DNA from: a virus
Lineage: Duplodnaviria; Caudoviricetes
Length of the DNA stretch: 64,000 nt
Virus record (IMG/VR): IMGVR_UViG_3300026549_000029
Span: 192,001 to 256,000 of that record
Reading direction: 5' to 3' (one strand)
The translations under genes and the position numbers were made by a program. Under the pieces are notes generated by a model, which searched no databases, had not been told where the DNA came from, and worked only from the letters and a program-made list of their open reading frames with translations. How positions within the stretch are numbered: position 1 is the stretch's first letter; every line of letters begins with the position of its first letter. Below are positions 19,199 to 27,244 of the stretch, piece after piece.

Positions 19199-19571
19199 GT
19201 ATAAGATTAATTTCTTTTAAATAATTTTCTACATCTTCTATAGTAATAGGTTTCTCCATAATTTTATCTACTGAATATATAGATTCTGGATTTTTTATCT
19301 TAAAATTATGAGGAACCATTAATACTATATAAGATTTATTAAGTTCTTTAGTTTCTTCAAATTCTCTAATTTTTTTAGAAATATCTATGCCAGAAAATCC
19401 AGGCATCATCATATCAATAAATACAATATCTACATCTTTAATGTTAAAATTAACAATTTCATTCATTGCATTGATACAGTTACAGTATTCTGTAACTTGA
19501 CCAAAATTAGAGAGTACTGATTTTATATTAGTAGGTTTAATTAAATTACAATGAATAAGAACTATTTTCAT
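19182..19571 (-). CDS. Single-domain response-regulator receiver (CheY/Spo0F-like), degenerate
   Basis: DIVFIDMMMPGFSGIDI and EKPIT are present; the N-terminal DD pocket is replaced by HC. Confidence 0.85.
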   Translation of the reverse strand: MKIVLIHCNLIKPTNIKSVLSNFGQVTEYCNCINAMNEIVNFNIKDVDIVFIDMMMPGFSGIDISKKIREFEETKELNKSYIVLMVPHNFKIKNPESIYSVDKIMEKPITIEDVENYLKEINLIQEKRD

Positions 19572-19595
19572 AAAATCAACTCTTTTCTTTTTTGA

Positions 19596-20132
19596 TTATA
19601 ACTTAAAATCAGCTCTATGTCTAGACATTTTAGCCTCTATTTCTTCATCTGTTAATACTGGAAGATTAAGAGCTCTTTGAATAATATTAGGAATGACATA
19701 GTGAGAGTCACCAGACTTCATATAAATATCAGACAGTTCTTGTAAGGATTCATAATCAGATTGACTCATCCATTGTTTAGCAATAAGTTCATTAGCAAGT
19801 TTATATACAGCATTTCTAGAAGTTGCTTTGTTAAATTTATTAAGGTTTTCATTAATAGTTTTAATTGATTTCTCTAGTTCATCTATTCTATTTTCTATCT
19901 TATCAATACGCTCATTTTGAGCAGTAATAAGGTCTTCTACCTGCTTGATGGCATTATTAATTTCTTTATCTCTATTTTCGACTGAATTTCTTTTAATTCT
20001 ATAAGTTTCCAAAATAGAGGTTGCTTTTGTAAAAATATTATAAACACCAAAAACAGAAGAAAGAATAAGCATAAGAAAAACAATGATTGACCCTAGAGAA
20101 TATTCTGTAAATAATTTAATCAAGTCACTCAT
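19596..20132 (-). CDS. Holin-like membrane protein
   Basis: One N-terminal TM helix, a coiled coil, then DYESLQELSDIYMKSG resembling Bacillota phage holin-like proteins. Late promoter at 20159-20170. Confidence 0.5.
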   Translation of the reverse strand: MSDLIKLFTEYSLGSIIVFLMLILSSVFGVYNIFTKATSILETYRIKRNSVENRDKEINNAIKQVEDLITAQNERIDKIENRIDELEKSIKTINENLNKFNKATSRNAVYKLANELIAKQWMSQSDYESLQELSDIYMKSGDSHYVIPNIIQRALNLPVLTDEEIEAKMSRHRADFKL

Positions 20133-20158
20133 TATTTATAATCCTTTCCTTTGCAAAT

Positions 20159-20170
20159 TATAAAAATGTT
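20159..20170 (-). promoter_or_regulatory. Putative late promoter AACA-N6-TA
   Basis: AACATTTTTATA. Confidence 0.6.
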
Positions 20171-20179
20171 GAAAAGAAA

Positions 20180-20202
20180 AGAGGAAGACAAAGTCTTCCT
20201 CT
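20180..20202 (-). terminator. Intrinsic terminator
   Basis: AGAGGAAGAC-aaa-GTCTTCCTCT with a minus-strand U tract. Confidence 0.8.
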
Positions 20203-20229
20203 ATAATTTTAACAAAAGAAGATTAAGGA

Positions 20230-21051
20230 TCACCTCCTGAGATATTTACCAGATTTAGCTTTAAGTTCTTCTACTTTAGCTTTCACTTCATCTGTCATTT
20301 TAATATCATTTACATTAATTTTAATATAGATAAAACATATAGGAAAATCAGAATCTGAACTTGGTTCATCTACAACCATTTCTAATTTAACCATATTTCC
20401 ATTAGGATTTTTATTAAGATCATTATTACAAGCTTCTATGTATTTATCAATTTCAACTGAATCATCATAAATGTTATCACAAATATCTTCATAAAGTTTA
20501 TATAATTCATTATATTTTTCTTTATTCGTAGATAAATCTTCATCATTATTCATATTATCAATTATAAAATTACCAATGTATTTTCCAGATTTATCGGTAT
20601 ATAAATATTTAGAAAGAGCTGTAGATTTTATATATTTTTCTGGATTTGTATATAAAATTGATTCTTTAAATTTTGTATCATTACCATTTTTATCATAATC
20701 AAAACTCCATTTATCAAACTCAAATGGATATTTTTCTAAAATATTATATTTTAATTTAATTTTTTTAATAAGAAAATCTTGACTTTTGATAAAAATACTA
20801 TTAATAGCTTGCTTTAATTGAGGATATTTTTTCATTAATTTATTAAAATTTTCCTCTACTTTTTTCGTTCTTTCTGCCTGAGCATTATCAGCAATTTTAC
20901 TAAGTATCATAATAGAAGCTATTAATAAAATAAATGGAGAAAGAATAATAAAAAGTCCTATAGTTAATAATGATTCATTTAAATTCTGTTTATTATTATC
21001 TATTTTTCTTTCATTATATTCTTTAATATAGTTTTCATTAAAAATTGCCAT
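20230..21051 (-). CDS. Putative internal head/ejection protein with TM helix
   Basis: MAIFNE...NLNES leader followed by a hydrophobic helix. Confidence 0.55.
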   Translation of the reverse strand: MAIFNENYIKEYNERKIDNNKQNLNESLLTIGLFIILSPFILLIASIMILSKIADNAQAERTKKVEENFNKLMKKYPQLKQAINSIFIKSQDFLIKKIKLKYNILEKYPFEFDKWSFDYDKNGNDTKFKESILYTNPEKYIKSTALSKYLYTDKSGKYIGNFIIDNMNNDEDLSTNKEKYNELYKLYEDICDNIYDDSVEIDKYIEACNNDLNKNPNGNMVKLEMVVDEPSSDSDFPICFIYIKINVNDIKMTDEVKAKVEELKAKSGKYLRR

Positions 21052-21060
21052 ATTAATACC

Positions 21061-22437
21061 TCAACTTATTTTCTTTACAGGAATTTTAGCATATGTTTCA
21101 ATATATACAGCACCATTTAATGATGCATTTAATAATGGATCAACATATACATCTTTTATATTTTTCATACAAATATAAGTATGAGTTTTATTATTACTAA
21201 GCGGATTTATATCAGCACTAATTTTTGGCATATCTTTTTTAATAGTAAAATATATTCTTGGTTTATAATATAAATATCCTTTTTCAGACTTTCCTCTAAA
21301 TTGTGGTTCTAGTGTACTTATATTATCTACTTTACTCATATGATATAATGCTACATTATCTGGTAATGTAACTTTTTTATTATTATATGAATATTCAATA
21401 TCTAATTTATATCCATCTTTATCATTACCAGTAATGGTATGCTTAGTAATAATAGTTCCATTAGGAGCTATATGACAAAATTTACATAACTTTTCAAATG
21501 CTTTCTTATAATCTTTATATTCTTCTGCATTATGAAGTACATTAAATATCTCTTTAATTTCTTTATATTCATCTTCATCTAAAGAACTAGAAAAACTATT
21601 CTTAGATTGACTTACAGATTCTCTAGGAATAAGTGTTTTAATAATCTCTTTAGTTTCTTTATTATCTAAAAAGAACTCTTTAAGAGCTTCATTTTCTCTA
21701 AAATATTTTCCATCATATAAATATTCTACTGCAGATTCATTTTTACTAAAGAGATTAAACATCTTCTTTTCAAAAGGCATAACTCTAATAGGTTTATCAG
21801 TTTCAAGATAAATAGCTCTAGATCCAAAATCATTATAAGTTGGATCTATATAAGCTTCACTAATATCATCTACAGTACAATATCTATATAATTTCTTATT
21901 TTCTAATCCTGCTTGATTAACTTTAATATCTTTCATAATAGTAAAGAAACATCTCTTAGCAGGATAGAGATATTTACCTTTAACTTTAGACCTAAAAGAA
22001 GGTATTAATTCTGTAATTCCAGCTACTGGAGATACATGAATTAATCTAACTCCTTTAGGAATCTTAATTTTTGCTAAACCTTTAGAATATTTTATAGCAA
22101 CTTTAAAAAGATCTTTATCTTTTTTATCATTAGAAAATACAATATTTTCTATAATAACATTACCAGAGATTCCCATGAATTTTCTAATAAATTCAAAAGA
22201 TCTTTTATATACAGAATAAGTAGTTTTTTCATCGCAAATTACATCATAATGTTTAGAAATTTGTTCTTTAGTAGCAGCATTAATATATCTTTGTATCCAT
22301 TTATGAGTAACAAAAGTACCAGCAATTTTTTGATATTGATCAAATAAATCTTTTAAATTACCAGCATAAGTTTTGACATCATCTATAATAGATTCATTAA
22401 AATATTTATTAGAATTATTTTCAATAGTTATAGACAT
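21061..22437 (-). CDS. Putative virion protein with two tandem ADP-ribosyltransferase-like domains
   Basis: Internal duplication LIHVS..ITELIP..YLYPAKRCFFT..AIYLET vs LYHMS..ISTLEP..YLYYKPRIYFT..AVYIET. Confidence 0.55.
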   Translation of the reverse strand: MSITIENNSNKYFNESIIDDVKTYAGNLKDLFDQYQKIAGTFVTHKWIQRYINAATKEQISKHYDVICDEKTTYSVYKRSFEFIRKFMGISGNVIIENIVFSNDKKDKDLFKVAIKYSKGLAKIKIPKGVRLIHVSPVAGITELIPSFRSKVKGKYLYPAKRCFFTIMKDIKVNQAGLENKKLYRYCTVDDISEAYIDPTYNDFGSRAIYLETDKPIRVMPFEKKMFNLFSKNESAVEYLYDGKYFRENEALKEFFLDNKETKEIIKTLIPRESVSQSKNSFSSSLDEDEYKEIKEIFNVLHNAEEYKDYKKAFEKLCKFCHIAPNGTIITKHTITGNDKDGYKLDIEYSYNNKKVTLPDNVALYHMSKVDNISTLEPQFRGKSEKGYLYYKPRIYFTIKKDMPKISADINPLSNNKTHTYICMKNIKDVYVDPLLNASLNGAVYIETYAKIPVKKIS

Positions 22438-22485
22438 ATTATAACCACCATTAATTTTATTGATTATTAAGTAGTGCTTAAAAAT

Positions 22486-22521
22486 AAAAACTCATCAGAG
22501 AATATTCTCTGATGAGTTTTT
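22486..22521 (-). terminator. Intrinsic terminator (36-bp perfect palindrome)
   Basis: AAAAACTCATCAGAGAATATTCTCTGATGAGTTTTT. Confidence 0.8.
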
Positions 22522-22524
22522 ATA

Positions 22525-23274
22525 TTATTTATTCTTTTCTTTCTCAAGAGCTTTTTTATGTGCTTTTTTAAGAGTTTCAATCGATTTATTTAATGCTTCT
22601 TTCCATTCAATTAAGGATTTTTTATAATCACTAAGAATAGCTACTGTTGTTCCAGCAGCAAGAATAGCAGATATAATTAATGTTATTTTTTGAGCAGTAA
22701 TTCCTAGTTTTTTATAATCAGTATCTATTCTATTCATGCCAACATCATAGGCATCGATAAAACTATTATCTAAACTTCGTTTTGCTGTAGCTTTATATCT
22801 ATCTGAAAGAGAATCAACAAAATTTTTTCCATATTTATATTTAACATTCATATTTTGTTTAAATAAAGAAACCGTACTTACTTTATCAATTTTAAGAAGA
22901 AGCCACCCTTCAATAGAAGTTGTTGTAATTAATGCAATAAAACTTCCAAAGAAATTTTTAGCTACATAACTAGGTTTAATTTTATAATTATTATTTTTAA
23001 GATCTTTAAGCTCTTCATCAATTCGATCTCGTAATTTTTCACATCTATCAATCTGATATTCTATACTTTTTGATGTATAATTTTTCTTTCCAATAAGTTT
23101 ACCACCAATTTTTTTAGCAAGTGCAATTAAACTTGTAGCAAGCTGATAAAATCCAGAAATATGTTCAATACCTGTACCAGCTTCTGTAAGATAAGAATCT
23201 ATCTCTTCTCCATTATAACAATTTTCATTTATTAATATAGCATTAATAGTATTATCATATGAATATATAGCCAT
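22525..23274 (-). CDS. Putative internal head/ejection protein
   Basis: MAIYS...LINE...YLTEA leader, hydrophobic helices, and TACT-N6-TA at 23320-23331. Confidence 0.55.
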   Translation of the reverse strand: MAIYSYDNTINAILINENCYNGEEIDSYLTEAGTGIEHISGFYQLATSLIALAKKIGGKLIGKKNYTSKSIEYQIDRCEKLRDRIDEELKDLKNNNYKIKPSYVAKNFFGSFIALITTTSIEGWLLLKIDKVSTVSLFKQNMNVKYKYGKNFVDSLSDRYKATAKRSLDNSFIDAYDVGMNRIDTDYKKLGITAQKITLIISAILAAGTTVAILSDYKKSLIEWKEALNKSIETLKKAHKKALEKEKNK

Positions 23275-23364
23275 ATTATGTATTCTCCTTTATATATAAG
23301 ATTATAAGAATTTTTATATTAATAAAAAGTACTCAAAAAAAAAACAATTTTAAGTTTAATAAAA

Positions 23365-23394
23365 AATAATAGAGGAATAAATTCCTCTATTATT
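23365..23394 (-). terminator. Intrinsic terminator
   Basis: AATAATAGAGGAAT-aa-ATTCCTCTATTATT. Confidence 0.75.
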
Positions 23395-24094
23395 CATCAA
23401 TCCAACTATCATCCCATTCAAATGTTGTTCCGCATAAATTTCCATATTCAACAACATTTTCTTCATTTCTTTTTTCCTCATTAGAAGAGAAATATATGGG
23501 ATTACATTCTAATCCTATGTGTCTTATTTCATGACAAAGTAATGACCATAAATTACAGTCAGTTGTATCAATATTTACATATACTTCTCCATTTTCATAA
23601 TTTGCAAATCCTTTAGCATTTTCAACATTATATTTTTTACATATTTTATTCCAATCTTTATTAGAATAAATATTTATCCCTTTTAAAGGAATAAGATCCA
23701 TAATGTTAGCATACTTATATAACTGATCGGCAATTAATTTTGGTGTTAATCTTGGGTATTTATCAATTATATCATCAGATAATTTAATAATACTTCTTAA
23801 CCATTTTCTAGTTATAGTACTTGGTACTTTTAAAGAACAATTTCTTGAGTTCCAAAAATCAATTTCATCTTTATCAGATAAAATTGTTGGCTTAACAGTA
23901 ACTGTATTATATTTTTCACTATTATCTGCAATATACCAGTATGAATCAGATACTTTTATAAATATATCAAAATAAAATTGCAAATCTGTAATTCTTTTAA
24001 AATTTAATTCATGAATTTCTTCTGTTATTTCTTCAGTAGATAAAGATTGAATAAATTGTAATAATTCTTTAAACTGTTTTGTCGTTAATGCCAT
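23390..24094 (-). CDS. Zincin-like metallopeptidase
   Basis: AKGFA...VYVN...LLCHEIRH (HExxH) with a downstream EE. Confidence 0.7.
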   Translation of the reverse strand: MALTTKQFKELLQFIQSLSTEEITEEIHELNFKRITDLQFYFDIFIKVSDSYWYIADNSEKYNTVTVKPTILSDKDEIDFWNSRNCSLKVPSTITRKWLRSIIKLSDDIIDKYPRLTPKLIADQLYKYANIMDLIPLKGINIYSNKDWNKICKKYNVENAKGFANYENGEVYVNIDTTDCNLWSLLCHEIRHIGLECNPIYFSSNEEKRNEENVVEYGNLCGTTFEWDDSWIDE

Positions 24095-24150
24095 ATTTAT
24101 TATTACCCCCTTTCATAATAATATTATTTATTTAAAAATATTAAAAAATA

Positions 24151-24185
24151 AATACTAGATAATAGCATAGCTATTATCTAGTATT
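24151..24185 (-). terminator. Intrinsic terminator
   Basis: 16-bp stem AATACTAGATAATAGC-ata-GCTATTATCTAGTATT. Confidence 0.75.
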
Positions 24186-24192
24186 ATATAAA

Positions 24193-25119
24193 TTATTTAA
24201 TCCCGTTCTTTTTCTTCCATTCTTCTATCTGCTTCTTTTCTTCATCAGACAGATTCTTTTTTCCATATACATTATTAATATAATTTCCTAAATTCTTTTT
24301 ATCAAGTTTCTGACCAGGTTTAATAACTTCTTTTGCTAATCTATTTACAGGATTCCCTTTTACTTCATAAAGCATTGATACATTTGCTTCACAAAGAGTT
24401 CTAAAAATATCAAAAGATGTATCTTCAGTAATGATAACATTCAAATTCTGTGCACAAATATCACAATCTGCTTCATTAACCTTAATAATACCATTAAGGG
24501 TAGCAATAACAGATTCACAATTAAGTTCAGCACACTTCTGAACATCTTCAACATCAGTGAAGAATTCATCACCCTGCTTAGCAACTACAACATTACCATA
24601 GTCTCTCTTTACAGCATCAACAGGATTAGCTTCCTGAGGATCAGCTTCAACCTGCATGTCTTCACCATTCGGTCCAACCTGCACATCAATGCTAATATCT
24701 TCATCGGCCTCTTTGATAAACATATAAGCACCACCATGCTTTTCAATATTTCTAGCATAGTTAGCAGTACTCTCACTGATAACAACAGTAGTATTATCAG
24801 CTCTCATTCCTGCTTCTTCATAGCAATGAATAATGCTATTAAGAGCTTCAATCATAGTAAATTCATTCAGATCAGCATACTTCTCCACATCTCTAGCATC
24901 GACATAGAACTCAAGCTTCTCTTCATTACCAGCATCATTCTGGTCATCACTCTTAACAACAGCAACAGGAATATTTTCAGGTGCAGACTTAGCAATATCA
25001 ACAGGATTAACAGACTGAGTAGGAGCAGCCTCTTCAGGATCAGCACTTACATCAATCTCATCCTTAGGTCCAACCTGAACATCCATTTCGATATCTTCTT
25101 CATTAAGATATTTAATCAT
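24193..25119 (-). CDS. Acidic two-repeat protein, probable prohead core/scaffold or inner head protein
   Basis: Two ~110-aa repeats starting DVQVGP; xxE sites at the repeat borders. Confidence 0.6.
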   Translation of the reverse strand: MIKYLNEEDIEMDVQVGPKDEIDVSADPEEAAPTQSVNPVDIAKSAPENIPVAVVKSDDQNDAGNEEKLEFYVDARDVEKYADLNEFTMIEALNSIIHCYEEAGMRADNTTVVISESTANYARNIEKHGGAYMFIKEADEDISIDVQVGPNGEDMQVEADPQEANPVDAVKRDYGNVVVAKQGDEFFTDVEDVQKCAELNCESVIATLNGIIKVNEADCDICAQNLNVIITEDTSFDIFRTLCEANVSMLYEVKGNPVNRLAKEVIKPGQKLDKKNLGNYINNVYGKKNLSDEEKKQIEEWKKKNGIK

Positions 25120-25133
25120 GTTTGTTTACCTCA

Positions 25134-25709
25134 TCAATTATTATAGATTTCAAATTCTACATTAGCAGCTTCAAGATTAGCCTTTTCTTCTTCTGAACAA
25201 TTATCAAATTCAGATCTTGACATGACAATCTTTAAGCCATTATTATAAAGTGATTCATCATCATTAGAATCAATGATGTTCTTCACAGCAGTATCATAAT
25301 CTCTAGTATCAGAAGCATTCATGTAGTTCTTAAGATCATCATGATGTACATAATTATTATCTTTATATCTTGCTACAATCACATTAGCAGGGTCTGCCTT
25401 AATTTGATTAATAGCATCCATAGGAGTATAATTAGGCTGTACATCAGGAGAACTTGAGCTTATATCATTATCAGGTTCATCTGAAATTTTCTGAGAACCG
25501 AAAGAGTTAAACAAATTAGATTGACTATTCTTCTCTTTATTATTTTCTTCATCATTATCGTGGAATACTTCTCTACCATCAAATTTTGGAACTTCTGTAG
25601 GAATTTTTCCAGGACCTTCTATTTCTTCTGGAGACATATAATGAACATCTACAGCATTAGAAGGTGTAGAATCTTCTTCAAGAATATATTTAATTTCTTT
25701 ATTAGTCAT
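25134..25709 (-). CDS. Acidic protein with a third copy of the same repeat domain
   Basis: Start moved to MTNKEI (SD AAGGAG). NQIKADPANVIVAR..NYVHHDDLKNY..AVKNIIDSN aligns with the repeats of the downstream gene. Confidence 0.65.
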   Translation of the reverse strand: MTNKEIKYILEEDSTPSNAVDVHYMSPEEIEGPGKIPTEVPKFDGREVFHDNDEENNKEKNSQSNLFNSFGSQKISDEPDNDISSSSPDVQPNYTPMDAINQIKADPANVIVARYKDNNYVHHDDLKNYMNASDTRDYDTAVKNIIDSNDDESLYNNGLKIVMSRSEFDNCSEEEKANLEAANVEFEIYNN

Positions 25710-25812
25710 CGTATTGACTCCTTTTCTCATGCTAAATTTAATATTATAATTTATAATATTTGATAACCGTGCACCCGTTATCAAATCTTAACAAGATTAA
25801 TATTCAATCTAG

Positions 25813-26646
25813 TTAAGATTTAGGCTCATCAATACGATTACCATCATTATCTACAAAAAAGATAACTTCTTTCATTTCAGGTTCTTTCTCTTGAACTTGT
25901 TCATCTAATATAGGTAAGGAATACATATTATTCTTAATTGTCTCTATCCTATTAACAAAAGCATCTTTAATTATATTTAACCTAGGTAATTCATAAGCAC
26001 CAGCAGGATCAATATAAATATTAGATTGAGCTAGAATTTTATTTTGTTCAGTAGTATCAAAATTCTTACCATATTCTTCTATCTCTTCTAATGTTTCTTT
26101 GTCTTCTGGTTCCATAAATTGAGAATAAGTAGATACAAATAAATCATATCTACCAAATACATCTTTAGGTGGTATAAATAAATAACCATTATGAACTAAT
26201 TCATGCTCAGTAGCCGTTAAAGGATATAAACCAACTATTCCTTTATAATGACACTCCATTACTTCTTTAGCAACCGATTCAAGAGATAAATCTTCATGAT
26301 AGAATCTTCTCTTTTCATAGATAATTTTGACAATATCTTCAATAGTTAAAGGAGTATGATGGACCTCAATTTTAACTTTAGACCCATCAGAATTAGAAAT
26401 ATTTTCAGATATTCCAGATCTATCAAATCCACCATATTCTTTCAAATATCGAATTAGTTCTCTATATTCAAAAGATGTTCTTACTTCAGATTTAACGTCC
26501 TTAATAAATCTAGTAACTTCTTTTGGATTATTTAAATCATAATTCTGAGTATCTTCAATTTCTGGTAATTCTCCAATATGAAATGTCTGTCCTTTACTAT
26601 CTTTGACATCATCAAGTTTAATAAGTGATACATTAGGATTCATCAT
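25813..26646 (-). CDS. Phage protein with His-rich, HNH-like motif (paralog of 6446..7324)
   Basis: DRSGISENI...IEVHH...ECH...LTATEHELVH. Confidence 0.6.
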   Translation of the reverse strand: MMNPNVSLIKLDDVKDSKGQTFHIGELPEIEDTQNYDLNNPKEVTRFIKDVKSEVRTSFEYRELIRYLKEYGGFDRSGISENISNSDGSKVKIEVHHTPLTIEDIVKIIYEKRRFYHEDLSLESVAKEVMECHYKGIVGLYPLTATEHELVHNGYLFIPPKDVFGRYDLFVSTYSQFMEPEDKETLEEIEEYGKNFDTTEQNKILAQSNIYIDPAGAYELPRLNIIKDAFVNRIETIKNNMYSLPILDEQVQEKEPEMKEVIFFVDNDGNRIDEPKS

Positions 26647-26668
26647 AATAATATATAAGTCCTCCTAT

Positions 26669-26745
26669 TATATTTTAGTTAACTTTTATTAATATTTATA
26701 AAAGGTAAAATAAAGATGTTTTTAATAATATATTATAATAATGAA
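26669..26745. promoter_or_regulatory. Divergent late (-) / early (+) promoter pair
   Basis: AACTAAAATATA (minus, 26669-26680) and TATATTATAATAATGAA (plus, 26729-26745). Confidence 0.75.
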
Positions 26746-26788
26746 ACTTGATTTATAAATTAATTATTTATTAATAGGAGGAGTAAAA

Positions 26789-27232
26789 ATGAATACAAAA
26801 AAAGTTAAAATTTCTGCAATTATTGAAATTGAAGAGAATGCTTTTAAAGATTTAATCAAATCCGATAATATTGAACTTGAAGCTAAGTTTAAAACAAAAA
26901 GAAATGATGCTGATTATAGTGTTTATTATGAACATCCTGAGATTCAATCTGCTAATAATTTGATTATTAAAGATACAGAACCTAAAAGAGCTTCTAATCC
27001 TGATGGATCTATTCAGATCGAAAAAGAAGAAGTTGAAACTTATACAGTAGGAGAAGTAATTGATATTTTATCCAAATTTCCTAGAAATTATGAATTTCTC
27101 TGCTGTGGAGAATCTGATTATGCTATATGGGTAGATCATGATTCTCAGATGGTTAGTGTAGATAGAGGAGAATTTATTGATCAAATGATGGAAAATATAA
27201 AGAATAATATATATTCTTTTAAAATTGATTAA
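26789..27232 (+). CDS. Hypothetical protein
   Basis: 147 aa; SD GGAGG; TVGEVIDILSKFP motif common in small phage proteins. Confidence 0.75.
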   Translation: MNTKKVKISAIIEIEENAFKDLIKSDNIELEAKFKTKRNDADYSVYYEHPEIQSANNLIIKDTEPKRASNPDGSIQIEKEEVETYTVGEVIDILSKFPRNYEFLCCGESDYAIWVDHDSQMVSVDRGEFIDQMMENIKNNIYSFKID

Positions 27233-27244
27233 GGAGATTTTTAT

